Source of the DNA: Tubiluchus corallicola
Taxonomy: Eukaryota; Animalia; Priapulida
NCBI GenBank assembly: GCA_030141605.1
Contig: JAQGDQ010002427.1
Coordinates: 1-45,468 of the forward strand
Direction: 5' to 3'
Length of the DNA stretch: 45,468 nucleotides
The notes under the pieces are model-generated. The model had not been told where the DNA came from. It saw only the letters and a list, made by a program, of their open reading frames with translations, and ran no database searches. Positions 31,005 to 40,684 of the stretch are shown here, piece after piece. Both the position numbers and the translations under genes were made by a program. How positions within the stretch are numbered: position 1 is the first letter of the stretch; each line of letters begins with the position of its first letter.

Positions 31005-31309
31005 AGATAAGCTTAAGTATCAATACAGCTATTGTTATGCTTACTTTATTTATGGCAGCCTTAGTAGGAAATGTAATATATAGGCATATTACAGATAAAA
31101 CAATAAGTCCTATTGTAGAGCGTCTAGCATATGCTTTAGTTGGAGCTTTTGTTACTGTACTTATATTTAGAAAGTTTCACATTATAAAACTAGACTTATA
31201 TGCAATATCAATAGCTGGTTTAACAGGACTTATGATAGAAATTTTATGGGATAGCAGAAAAAAAATAATAGAAAAATACTTAGGTGGTGGGAAAATTGGA
31301 AAAAAGTAA
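31001..31309 (+). CDS. Holin-like three-TM protein
   Basis: Three hydrophobic segments and a basic C-terminus, in the lysis cluster. Confidence 0.55.
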   Translation: MKISLSINTAIVMLTLFMAALVGNVIYRHITDKTISPIVERLAYALVGAFVTVLIFRKFHIIKLDLYAISIAGLTGLMIEILWDSRKKIIEKYLGGGKIGKK

Positions 31310-31592
31310 ACACACTTGCCATTTTATGGAAAATAATAAAGATTGTAGAAGGCTAAGAGAAATAAAAGGACTAGTATTACTACTACTTATATTTTCTATT
31401 ATTTTAATATTTTTATATTTTGGAATTTATACTCACTTATATAGTAATGAACTATGTATACTAATGAGAACAAACACATTTTACCTTAAAAGTAAAACTT
31501 TAACTTTGATATTCTTTATAATAAACTCTTTACTATATCTCGGTGTTTGTGTTTTTTTAGAAGTAAAATATAATGTTAAAAATAAATTTTAA
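31284..31592 (+). CDS. Two-TM membrane protein of the lysis cluster
   Basis: Two hydrophobic helices; overlaps the previous gene. Confidence 0.5.
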   Translation: MVGKLEKSKHTCHFMENNKDCRRLREIKGLVLLLLIFSIILIFLYFGIYTHLYSNELCILMRTNTFYLKSKTLTLIFFIINSLLYLGVCVFLEVKYNVKNKF

Positions 31593-31620
31593 GAGCTGTA
31601 AAAGGCTCTTTTTTTATTTT
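31591..31620 (+). terminator. Late operon intrinsic terminator
   Basis: AAGAGCTGTAAAAGGCTCTT followed by a T run. Confidence 0.75.
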
Positions 31621-31704
31621 GTCTAAAATTTATAATTTATTGAAAAAAAACATTTGTTTTGTATAGAGTTTTTATGATATAATGTGTATCAAAAGGAGAA
31701 TTTT

Positions 31705-33075
31705 ATGATAAAATCAATTAATATAAAAGGTTATAGAGGTTTTGGAGAATCAGAGGATAAAATTAATTTTGCAGTCCCTAATGGGAAAAAAGGATCTGGA
31801 ATTACCTATTTATTAGGTCAAAATAATACAGGGAAATCCACAATTTTAGAAAGTTTAAAATTTTTTGCCAGTAATGATAAGTCTATAAACCTTAATTTTG
31901 CTGAAAATAAGAGAAATAGATATAATAATAACAAGGTTGAAATTATACTAGAAGTAAATAATGGAAAAAAGTATTCTGTTAAAAGTGACGAGAATATGAA
32001 GTTTTTAACAAAAAAGGTACAATATGACCCATTAATAATTTATAATATTCCATCTAAAAGGACCTTTCCTCATTCTTTCACTGTAGATAGAACTATGTAT
32101 ACTTTAGGGCATGCCAGAGAAACTATTGCTGTACAACCAAATCGTAGCTATAATTATAATAATTCTATTTACTTTATTAACGAAGTAAGTGAAAAGAAAA
32201 AAGATTTTTTTAATTTTGAAATAAAAAAAGTTCTTGACTTCCCTGAGTGGAGAATAGACATGAACAATGATAATAGTTTATTTATAGAATTTTATGATGA
32301 AGAAAACACTCATAATTCAGAAGGGGTTGGAGAAGGAATTCTTTCTATTATGTCATTAATTGGAACACTGATTTTTTCAGGAAAAGATTCAGTAGTTTTA
32401 ATTGATGAACCTGAATCTTCACTACATCCAGAAGTAATATCTAGACTTTCTTCATTACTTCTAGAGTACTCTAAAGACAGGCAAATAATAATATCTACAC
32501 ATTCTCCATATATGGTTGATATACAATCTATATTAAATGGAGCTAAGGTTATTAGAACTACTAAAAAAAATGGTCTAATAAAAACGCATGAATTAAATGA
32601 TGAATCTATTGAGTTTATTAATTCTTTATCTAAATATGCAACATTTCCACACGCTGTTGGTTTAGATGCTAAAGAAATTTTTTTTCAATCAGAAAAAATT
32701 ATTGTAGTTGAAGGGCAAGAAGATGTAGTAGGTTTTAGAAAAAATTTATCAGACACAGACAAAAATTTATTAAAATTTTATGGATGGGGGGCAGGAGGAG
32801 CAGGTAATATTATTAAAGTAGTTAAATTATTACAAAATTTAGGATTTGAAAAAATAGTTGCAATTTATGATGGAGATCAGAAAAAAGCTTATGAAAAGAT
32901 AAAAAAAGAAGTGAAAGGCATAAAAGCTATAATTCTATCTACTGATGATATAAGAGATAAAGATGACAAGGAAGGAATGCTTGATAAAGATCTTAATCTA
33001 AAAGATAATTATGAAACTGAATTTAATGAGATAGTTAAAGATATAAAAAAAGTATTTGGGTATAATAAAAAATAA
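31705..33075 (+). CDS. OLD-family-like ABC ATPase + TOPRIM nuclease
   Basis: Walker A GQNNTGKS, Walker B VLIDEPE, H-loop STHSP, TOPRIM IVVEGQED and DGD; AAGGAG RBS before ATG 31705. Confidence 0.85.
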   Translation: MIKSINIKGYRGFGESEDKINFAVPNGKKGSGITYLLGQNNTGKSTILESLKFFASNDKSINLNFAENKRNRYNNNKVEIILEVNNGKKYSVKSDENMKFLTKKVQYDPLIIYNIPSKRTFPHSFTVDRTMYTLGHARETIAVQPNRSYNYNNSIYFINEVSEKKKDFFNFEIKKVLDFPEWRIDMNNDNSLFIEFYDEENTHNSEGVGEGILSIMSLIGTLIFSGKDSVVLIDEPESSLHPEVISRLSSLLLEYSKDRQIIISTHSPYMVDIQSILNGAKVIRTTKKNGLIKTHELNDESIEFINSLSKYATFPHAVGLDAKEIFFQSEKIIVVEGQEDVVGFRKNLSDTDKNLLKFYGWGAGGAGNIIKVVKLLQNLGFEKIVAIYDGDQKKAYEKIKKEVKGIKAIILSTDDIRDKDDKEGMLDKDLNLKDNYETEFNEIVKDIKKVFGYNKK

Positions 33076-33105
33076 GACTCTCTTAATTGAGGGTCTTTTC
33101 TTGTT
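33074..33105 (+). terminator. Intrinsic terminator
   Basis: AAGACTCTC-TTAATT-GAGGGTCTT followed by TTCTT. Confidence 0.7.
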
Positions 33106-33202
33106 TGAAAAAAATTATAGTATTGTTAGTCACATCAGATCACTTTATATAAACTATTAAGATAGATAATAAGGACCTCAACCTATGAGATCCATTTTTA
33201 GT

Positions 33203-34021
33203 TTAAGATGTTGCATATATAAGAACCTCAAATATAATTTCATCAAACGCTTCTTTTGTTAGATCATATTTTTTCCTCATCTCTTCTGTAACAGTTTCCT
33301 CTATTGCGCCAAATCTTTTATCATATTCATCAGTGCTTAATTTAGAAAATATTGAGTCTAACTCTTCATATGATTTAGATAACTGCTTTTTCCAATCAAC
33401 ATAAATTTCTTTCTTTTCTTCTGAAGGAATTGATTCCTTTTGTAAAGCTAAAAGTTGTTTGTAATTTCCATTTTTTTCATAATCAGTAATTCCATGGGTA
33501 TAACCATTTCCTATTTCTATAAATCTTTTATCGCCATAGGCATAAACCCATATTCGATCATACCCTCTTTTTTGCATTTCATCCTCTGCAACAACTTTTA
33601 AAATATTTTCTAGTGTGACTTTGGCAATATCATCTTCAACAAGTATATGGACTCCGCCCTTTCTTACATTACCTGTAGAAGTATCTTCGACCTTAATTAT
33701 TTCATAATATAATTTTTCTTTTTCAGAAGGTGTTTTAATTGTATCTTCTTTTGCCATATTTGTTTCAATCTCTGTATTTTCTTGATTTTCTGTCTCTTCT
33801 TCTGACGGAATAATCATAGCTAAAAATACTACAGCCAATACAGCTCCTATTATTATTTTCTTTATAGGTTTCTTTTTGTTATTTTCCTCTTTAACCTCTA
33901 TGTTTTCACTGTTTATATCTTCTTTAGCTAAAAAATCCTCATTTGCCTTTGTTTCTTTTTTCTTTTTCACGTTGAAATATACTATAGCTCCAATAATTCC
34001 AATTAATATAACTATCCCCAT
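33203..34021 (-). CDS. Membrane-anchored hypothetical protein (moron-like)
   Basis: Two hydrophobic segments and an acidic linker; AAGGAG RBS; antisense to the phage late genes. Confidence 0.65.
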   Translation of the reverse strand: MGIVILIGIIGAIVYFNVKKKKETKANEDFLAKEDINSENIEVKEENNKKKPIKKIIIGAVLAVVFLAMIIPSEEETENQENTEIETNMAKEDTIKTPSEKEKLYYEIIKVEDTSTGNVRKGGVHILVEDDIAKVTLENILKVVAEDEMQKRGYDRIWVYAYGDKRFIEIGNGYTHGITDYEKNGNYKQLLALQKESIPSEEKKEIYVDWKKQLSKSYEELDSIFSKLSTDEYDKRFGAIEETVTEEMRKKYDLTKEAFDEIIFEVLIYATS

Positions 34022-34171
34022 ATTGAGACCACCACTCCTTAAAATCTTAAATAAAGACTATGAAATTTATAGTTTTCTAATAGATGGTACCATATTAGAA
34101 TACGCTTATTCAAGAAAAAATATAATTGTACCGTATTATAGAAAGTATTACTAGCTTTCAAATGAATATTA

Positions 34172-34200
34172 TTGACTTCAAAAGTTGCTGATGATATAAT
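34172..34200 (+). promoter_or_regulatory. sigma70 promoter of the truncated TPR gene copy
   Basis: TTGACT-17 nt-TATAAT with extended -10 TG. Confidence 0.7.
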
Positions 34201-34257
34201 ATGTATATATTGTGAAAAAAATATTTTACTGTATTTCTCTATTATTAGGGGGGAAAA

Positions 34258-34323
34258 ATGGAAGAGTTAAAATTATTAGCTCAAGAAATTCATAATAGAA
34301 AAAAATTCTCAGAAAGAGCACAT
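34258..34323 (+). pseudogene. 5' stub of a TPR receptor-like gene, fused to the att region
   Basis: 34191-34319 is near-identical to 38539-38667 (MEELKLLAQE.HNRKKF.ERA), then switches to the sequence found at 41041. Confidence 0.8.
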
Positions 34324-34520
34324 ATTTGTGTGCAACAGGTGTGCAACAAAACAGACTTTAACGCTGTAAACAAAGAACAAAAAAAGATCAAAAAGATAAT
34401 AGTAAGATCATATATAGAACCCACAAACCAAGTGTTTGCTGGGTTTTGTTTTTTTGACTTCTTCAAAATAGCTTACAATTATCATTACAGGACACAAATA
34501 GGGCACAGTAAGACAAAAAA
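34318..34520. mobile_element. att-like site, copy 1
   Basis: GTGTGCAACA x2 direct repeat, AACCCA..CAAAC/GTTTG..GGGTT inverted repeat, and GGACACA/GGGCACA repeats next to the 3' end of an integrase remnant. Confidence 0.55.
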
Positions 34521-34521
34521 A

Positions 34522-34690
34522 CTAAATTAAATCAATTGCTTTTCATAGTTCAGATTCTATCAGTATCAATTCTCCAATTTGTAAACTAAAATAGATCATA
34601 ATTAACAATAAAATCCATTCGTTCAACATTTTTCCAAAGCTTTTCAATTTTTAATTCTGTAAATACCTGTCTTTTGTTACTTACTTCGGA
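34522..34690 (-). pseudogene. Internally deleted tyrosine integrase remnant, copy 1
   Basis: Minus-strand translation EVSNKRQVFTELKIEKLWKNVERMDFI../IY.SLQIGELI joined to EL*KAIDLI* (box I-like motif plus C-terminal end). Confidence 0.65.
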
Positions 34691-35504
34691 TACAGTAAGT
34701 TCGCAAATGCTCTATTTACATTAAAAAATAAGCAAGTTAGTAGATAGTTGAATTTTCAGTTAGAACTGATGAAATGAATTTAAAATAATTTGATACTACT
34801 TCTTTTGATAAATATTTGAATATAGCTTCTGCAAATCTTTTTCCAATTTAATTGTTTCAATTCCACAAATTTTAACAAGTTTAGCTAGAGGAACGACTTT
34901 CTCAACTGTGTTTTGTAGTTCAGTATTTGATGCAATTCTAAAAGATGTCATAAGCTTCAGCTCCTTTAATTTACTTATACGCTTGGTAGCTCGAAGCAAA
35001 GCGAATTAGATTTAGGATGAGAAAATGAAACTTACTAAAACAGAGTTTTAAAAAATAAAAAAAGAGAAACTACAGATAAAGAAAATTTTGAAATGTTATC
35101 CTTTAGAATGCTATAATGTTATAACTATAGAATAAATATTACTATTTAAATAAAGGAATCGAAATGATAGCAAGAGTAGATAAAACATGAAACAACATGG
35201 GTTCTATTTAATATAAGAAGAAATCTGTATCTTATAATTTGACAACAAACATAATTAGTATTTTATATGCAAGTGAAACTAATGTATTGAATACAGCTTT
35301 ATTTAGACCAGCTAAGAGCGACGAGATAAAAAGTTTAAATAAGACTGGAAATATTGGAGATTATGCAAATTTGGAGCCCCTGAATTTGAAATATAAAAAA
35401 GTAGGAACGAATCATTTTTATTATTTCCAGATCCATCGATTTAACTTTAATAATTTGTCAAATTAATGGTTTATTGATTGAAAATAAAAACTGGAGGTTA
35501 CATT

Positions 35505-37079
35505 ATGTCAAGTGCAGCACAGCGTGCCAAGTTACAAGCTCAAATATGGAAGATAGCAAACGATGTAAGAGGTTCTATAGATGGCTGGGACTTTAAACAA
35601 TATGTTTTAGGAACTCTTTTCTATCGTTTTATTAGTGAAAATTTTACTACTTATATCGAAGGTGGGGACGAAAGTGTAAATTATGCAGAAATAAAAGATG
35701 ATATTATTACAGCAGAAATAAAAGATGATGCAGTTAAAACAAAAGGTTATTTCATATATCCTAGCCAACTATTTATAAATATAGAACAAACCGCTAATAC
35801 AAATGAGAGTTTAAATACAGACTTAGCTTCTATATTTTCAGCTATTGAAAGTTCTGCAAATGGTTATTCATCTGAATCTGATATAAAAGGACTTTTTGCA
35901 GATTTCGATACAACAAGTAATAGATTAGGAAATACAGTTAAAGATAAAAATACTCGTTTAGCTGCAGTGATTAAAGGTGTTGCAGGACTTGATTTTGGTG
36001 ACTTTGAGGACAATCACATTGATCTTTTCGGTGATGCTTACGAATTTTTAATTTCAAATTATGCAGCTAATGCTGGTAAATCAGGTGGAGAATTCTTCAC
36101 ACCTCAATGTGTGTCTAAACTTATTGCAAAATTAGCAACACTTAATCAAGATAAAATTAATAAAATTTATGACCCTGCTGCTGGTTCAGGTTCATTATTA
36201 TTACAAGCAAAAAAACAATTTGATGACCATATTATACAAGATGGTTTTTATGGTCAAGAGATTAACCATACTACTTATAACCTTGCTCGTATGAATATGT
36301 TTTTACACAATATAAATTATGATAAATTTAATATTGTATTAGGAAATACTCTTACAAATCCTCACTTTTTGGATGAAAAGCCTTTTGATGCCATTGTTTC
36401 CAATCCACCTTATTCAGTAAATTGGATTGGAAAAGATGACCCGACACTTATAAATGATGACCGTTTCGCTCCTGCTGGAGTATTGGCCCCAAAATCAAAA
36501 GCTGACTTTGCCTTTGTACTTCATGCCTTGCATTATCTTTCAAGTAAGGGAAGAGCTGCTATAGTTTGTTTCCCTGGTATTTTCTATCGTGGAGGAGCAG
36601 AGAAAAAAATTAGACAATATCTAATAGATAATAACTTTGTAGAAACTGTAATTTCACTAGCACCAAATCTATTTTTTGGAACTTCAATAGCTGTTAATAT
36701 AATGGTTCTTTCTAAACGTAAAACAGATGATAAAACTCAATTTATTGATGTTAGTGGTGAAGATTTCTTTAAAAAAGAAACTAATAACAATATTTTAACA
36801 GATAGTGATAATGAAGAGGTGGAAGAACCAGGGCATATTCAGAAAATAATTGAAATATTTGATAAAAAAGAAGACATTGAACACGTTGCAAAATCTGTTG
36901 ATTATGAAAAAATAGTTGAAGAAGATTATACACTTTCAGTAAGCACTTATGTAGAACCAAAAGATACTAGAGAGGTTATAGATATAGATGAATTAAATAA
37001 AGAGATAAAAGAAACAGTAGGGAAAATAGATAAACTTCGTATTGATATAGATGCTATTATTGAGAAAATAGAGGGATAG
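35505..37079 (+). CDS. hsdM: Type I restriction-modification methyltransferase subunit M
   Basis: [24 protein letters not shown] (m6A) and FFGTSI; GGAGG RBS before ATG 35505. Confidence 0.96.
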   Translation: MSSAAQRAKLQAQIWKIANDVRGSIDGWDFKQYVLGTLFYRFISENFTTYIEGGDESVNYAEIKDDIITAEIKDDAVKTKGYFIYPSQLFINIEQTANTNESLNTDLASIFSAIESSANGYSSESDIKGLFADFDTTSNRLGNTVKDKNTRLAAVIKGVAGLDFGDFEDNHIDLFGDAYEFLISNYAANAGKSGGEFFTPQCVSKLIAKLATLNQDKINKIYDPAAGSGSLLLQAKKQFDDHIIQDGFYGQEINHTTYNLARMNMFLHNINYDKFNIVLGNTLTNPHFLDEKPFDAIVSNPPYSVNWIGKDDPTLINDDRFAPAGVLAPKSKADFAFVLHALHYLSSKGRAAIVCFPGIFYRGGAEKKIRQYLIDNNFVETVISLAPNLFFGTSIAVNIMVLSKRKTDDKTQFIDVSGEDFFKKETNNNILTDSDNEEVEEPGHIQKIIEIFDKKEDIEHVAKSVDYEKIVEEDYTLSVSTYVEPKDTREVIDIDELNKEIKETVGKIDKLRIDIDAIIEKIEG

Positions 37080-37111
37080 AAAAAATTGAAATGAAAAAAA
37101 TAATAGCACTG

Positions 37112-37183
37112 AACCACGAAAAACACGAAGTACACGAAAAAAACAAATAAAAAAATTTCGTGCTTTTAGTGTCATTTGTGGTT
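37112..37183. repeat. Hairpin repeat type A upstream of hsdS1
   Basis: AACCACGAAAAACACGAAGTACACGAAA...TTTCGTGCTTTTAGTGTCATTTGTGGTT imperfect palindrome. Confidence 0.85.
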
Positions 37184-37203
37184 AATACAAAGGAGACTAA
37201 ATT

Positions 37204-38334
37204 ATGATTAAACAAAATTTTATGGATAGTTTGCTTGATGGGTTTGAGGTTGAGTGGAAGAGCTTGGGGGAAGTTGCAGATTATGAACAACCTACAAAAT
37301 ATTTAGTAAAATCAAAAAATTATAGTGATGATTTTGACACACCAGTTTTGACAGCTGGGAAGACTTTTATTCTTGGATATACAAATGAAATTGAAGGTAT
37401 TTATGAGGCATCAAAATTTCCAGTAATTATTTTTGATGATTTTACAACTGCTAATAAATGGGTTGACTTTAATTTTAAAGCAAAATCATCAGCAATGAAG
37501 ATGATTACATCAAAAGATGAAAAGGAAGTTTTATTAAAATATATTTACTATTGGTTAAATACGTTACCAAGTGAATTAATTGAAGGAGACCATAAACGTC
37601 AATGGATTAGAAATTTTTCAAATAAATCAATCCCAATCCCCCCCCTACACGTCCAAACTGAAATCGTCCGTATTCTAGACGCTTTCATAGAGCTTACAAC
37701 AGAGCTTACAACAGAGCTAACAACAGAGCTAACAGCTCGTAATAAGCAATATAACTATTATCGTGATAAGTTGCTGAGCTTTGAGGAAGGGGAAGTTGAG
37801 TGGAAGAGTTTGGGGGATGTTGCAAAAATTCAACGTGGGAAAAGACTTGTAAAAAGTCAATTAGCGGAAATTGGTAATTATGCAGTTTATCAAAACGCAA
37901 TGACACCACTTGGACATTACCATGATTTTAATGTAGAAAGTGATACAACTTTTGTTATTAGTGCAGGTGCAGCAGGAAACATTGGTTATAGTGATGTAGA
38001 TTTTTGGGCTGCGGATGATGTTTTTTATTTTATTTTAGAAGAAAACTTAAAAAGTAAGTTTTTATATTATTATTTATTAACACAGCATTATAAAATATTA
38101 CCTCAAGTGAGAAAGGCAAGTATTCCAAGGTTGTCTAGAACAGTGTTAGAAAAGCTTATGATTCCAGTTCCTTCTATTGAACAACAAGAACAAATAGTGT
38201 CTATCCTTGATAAATTTGAAGCCTTAACAACTTCAATTTCTGAAGGTTTGCCTCGTGAAATAGAGTTACGTAATAAGCAATATGAGTATTATAGAGATAT
38301 GCTGCTTAGTTTTCCAAAAGAGGAAAAAAATTAA
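37204..38334 (+). CDS. hsdS: Type IC specificity subunit, copy 1
   Basis: VEWKSLGEV, IPIPPL..Q.EIV.ILD, (TTEL)3 linker, [19 protein letters not shown] (EcoR124I-like). Confidence 0.95.
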   Translation: MIKQNFMDSLLDGFEVEWKSLGEVADYEQPTKYLVKSKNYSDDFDTPVLTAGKTFILGYTNEIEGIYEASKFPVIIFDDFTTANKWVDFNFKAKSSAMKMITSKDEKEVLLKYIYYWLNTLPSELIEGDHKRQWIRNFSNKSIPIPPLHVQTEIVRILDAFIELTTELTTELTTELTARNKQYNYYRDKLLSFEEGEVEWKSLGDVAKIQRGKRLVKSQLAEIGNYAVYQNAMTPLGHYHDFNVESDTTFVISAGAAGNIGYSDVDFWAADDVFYFILEENLKSKFLYYYLLTQHYKILPQVRKASIPRLSRTVLEKLMIPVPSIEQQEQIVSILDKFEALTTSISEGLPREIELRNKQYEYYRDMLLSFPKEEKN

Positions 38335-38336
38335 GC

Positions 38337-38427
38337 AACCACGAAAGACCCAAAAGGCACGAAAAAAGATAAAAAGAAATTAAAAAATATTAAATGCTTT
38401 GTTCGTGTGTTTAGTGCCGTTCGTGGT
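38337..38427. repeat. Hairpin repeat type B downstream of hsdS1
   Basis: AACCACGAAAGACCCAAAAGGCACGAA...TTCGTGTGTTTAGTGCCGTTCGTGGT. Confidence 0.85.
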
Positions 38428-38519
38428 AAAAAGAAAAAAAATAGCCTTAAGGGAGTCGCAGAGCTCTCTTTTTTATACCCCCAAAAATGTCTAAAAATGT
38501 AAAGAAACTATTCTCATCA

Positions 38520-38548
38520 TTGATCTACAGCTACATTTATGATATAAT
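38520..38548 (+). promoter_or_regulatory. sigma70 promoter of the TPR gene
   Basis: TTGATC-17 nt-TATAAT with extended -10 TG. Confidence 0.65.
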
Positions 38549-38605
38549 ATGTATATATTGTGAAAAAAATATTTTACTGTATTTCTCTATTATTAGGGGG
38601 GAAAA

Positions 38606-40047
38606 ATGGAAGAGTTAAAATTATTAGCTCAAGAAAAACATAATAGGAAAAAATTTACAGAAAGAGCGTACAGATTATTTAATAATGTTTCTATAGAAGA
38701 TATGGATAAAGATAACTTAAGCTTAGTGCTGTGGGGATACAGTTTATATTTACTTAATAACCAAAAAAATGAAGAAATGTTAGAATTTTTTAATTCTTAT
38801 AAATCAATAATAGACACTTTAAATAAAAGAGAAAAAAATAGGATTTATTATAATTATGCTGGAGCACTGCGTTACTTAAAAAAATATAAAGAATCTTTAG
38901 AGTTTTCACAAAAACATGAGAAAAATAACATCTCTTTGAACTTACAAATTGGAAGACTAAAGTATAGGAATGGGGAAGTAGATGCAGCTATTTATAGTTT
39001 TCAAAAAATATTAGACTCAAAAGAAGAAGAAGATATAAAAAAGATAGCTTATTTTGAGTTAGCTTCAATGTATGTAAAAAAAGAAAACATACTGATGTTG
39101 GAAAGTATGCTAGAAAAAATAAAAGTATTTTGCGAAGAGACAAAACTTCAGCACAGATGTACAGTTTATTACGATCTCTACACATATTTAAAGTTTTTAA
39201 ATAGAGACGAAGACGCACTAAAAGCATTAAGAATATGCATGAACTCTGATCCTGTAACTCCATTTGATGTTGCGTTAAAAAAAGCAAGTGAAGTAGAAGA
39301 ATTAAAGTTACTTGCTAAAGAAGTAAATAATAGAAAAGCATTTAGCGAAAGAGCGCATAAATTATTTTATAAAATGCCAATAAATGAATTAAATAAAGAT
39401 AATTTGAGCTTAGTACTATGGGGGTACAGTCTTTACTTACTTAATAATATGAAATATGAAGAAATGGAAGAGTTTTTTTTGAAATATAAAAGTATAATAG
39501 ATGATATAAATAAAAATGAAAGAAATAGAATTTATCATAATTACGCTCTAGCTTTATTTTTTGAAAATAGATTAGAGAAGCTTTAGAATTTTCAAGAAAA
39601 GATAAAAAAAATGACTGGGAGTACTTAATAGCCGCTAGAGCTCGTTGGAAAGAAAAAGAATATAATAGGGCAATCAGATGGTTCAAAAAAGCGAGTAAAA
39701 GCGACATTGATGAAGTACAACAGTGGGGAATGTACGGTTTAGCTGATATTTATCTTGAAACAGATAGAAAAGAATTGCTGAAAAATATATTAATTGATCT
39801 ACTATTTTATTACAAATCAATTAAAACATTACATCATAAATGCGTAAAATCTTATGACTTGTATGAATACTTAACCTTTTTAGATAGTCCAAATGAAGCT
39901 TTGTTTTTTCTAAATGAATGCGCGAATACAAAGCCTATAACACGTTCAGATGAACGCGTAAATAAGCAAGCTAAAAAAATATTAAAGGAGGGAGAATTCC
40001 ATGAAAAAGATTATAATATTACTAATGCTTTTAATAAGTTTGGCTAG
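38606..40047 (+). CDS. TPR-like helical repeat protein (~480 aa; two tandem ~229-aa units; single frameshift near 39575); putative RRNPP-like peptide receptor
   Basis: EELKLLA.E..NRK.F.ERA, DNLSLVLWGYSLYLLNN and YDLY.YL.FL each occur twice; the second frame continues EALEFSRKDKK... in register with unit 1. Confidence 0.75.
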
Positions 40048-40147
40048 TTTTGCAAACTCTAAAAAATGTACTGATGATTGCAAAAAGAAAATTGATAAAA
40101 GTAATCTTCCCACTATTTCAGTGATGGGGGAAAACGACGGAGCGTAA
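40001..40147 (+). CDS. 48-aa secreted pro-peptide (not in the ORF track); putative signalling peptide
   Basis: AAGGAGGGAG RBS; MKKIIILLMLLISLASFA|NSKKCTDDCKKKIDKSNLPTISVMGENDGA*; start overlaps the 3' end of the TPR gene. Confidence 0.8.
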   Translation: MKKIIILLMLLISLASFANSKKCTDDCKKKIDKSNLPTISVMGENDGA

Positions 40148-40490
40148 AGGTGTCTATTTTAGATGCCTTTTTTATTTCTTTTATTTTTTCTTCTAATTTT
40201 AAAGATCTGTAATAATATTCTAGTAATTCTGCTTTTATTGTAAGTGGAGTTTTTTTATAACTGTTCGTCAAAACTAAATCAATAATATCTTGAGAATCGT
40301 TAATTTCTAAGACTTCAATCAATTTGTCTAATTTTTTTTGACTTAAATATCTTTTATCGTGAATCACACTTGAAAGAAAATTCTCAGAGATATTTAAAAT
40401 TTTTGATATTTTTTTTCGAGATTCTTTTTCTTCTTTTTTATTTAAATATTTTCTTAGTATTTCCTCAGTTGGTCTATAAATACCTTTCAT
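40113..40490 (-). CDS. XRE-like HTH transcriptional regulator
   Basis: SRKKISKILNISENFLSSVIHDKRYLS..KL..L...L; AGGAGGG RBS before ATG 40490. Confidence 0.8.
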   Translation of the reverse strand: MKGIYRPTEEILRKYLNKKEEKESRKKISKILNISENFLSSVIHDKRYLSQKKLDKLIEVLEINDSQDIIDLVLTNSYKKTPLTIKAELLEYYYRSLKLEEKIKEIKKASKIDTFTLRRFPPSLK

Positions 40491-40523
40491 TGTTACCCTC
40501 CTAACAGAACAAACGTTTTTCAC

Positions 40524-40582
40524 TTTTAACTATATAGTTAAAAACTAAACTAGACGACTCACTTTTAACTATATAGTTAAAA
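40524..40582. promoter_or_regulatory. Two perfect 20-bp palindromes TTTTAACTATATAGTTAAAA (putative operators)
   Basis: At 40524-40543 and 40563-40582, between divergent genes. Confidence 0.8.
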
Positions 40583-40684
40583 AACGTTCTAAATACTATA
40601 AAATTTAAGTTGCAACGCGTTGTAAAATTATTATATCATATATTATGTTAATATTGTAACTTAAAAAAGCAAAGGAGGTAGTAT

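Larger units (their letters stand above)
1046..34520. mobile_element. Prophage (myovirus-like; lambda-type head, P2-like tail) with its left end missing
   Basis: Contiguous replication, packaging, head, tail and lysis genes ending at an att-like site; no intact integrase or repressor. Confidence 0.9.
34318..37810 (+). repeat. ~3.5 kb direct repeat, copy 1 (copy 2 at 41041-~44535; unit period ~6.72 kb)
   Basis: Near-identical sequence covering att, int remnant, hsdM and the 5' half of hsdS. Confidence 0.95.

Noticed and set aside
31705-33075. Gabija system
   Set aside because: No adjacent UvrD-like GajB gene.
34440-34495. dif/Xer site or tRNA/tmRNA fragment as the att core
   Set aside because: No convincing match to a dif consensus or to tRNA/tmRNA 3' ends; the core remains unidentified.
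34258-34530. 90-aa ORF as a real gene
   Set aside because: It is a chimera of the TPR stub and non-coding att sequence.
34796-35466. Small ORFs 34796-34999 and 35239-35466 (and their copies at 41517 and 41960)
   Set aside because: TTG starts without an RBS and no recognisable motifs; probably gene remnants.
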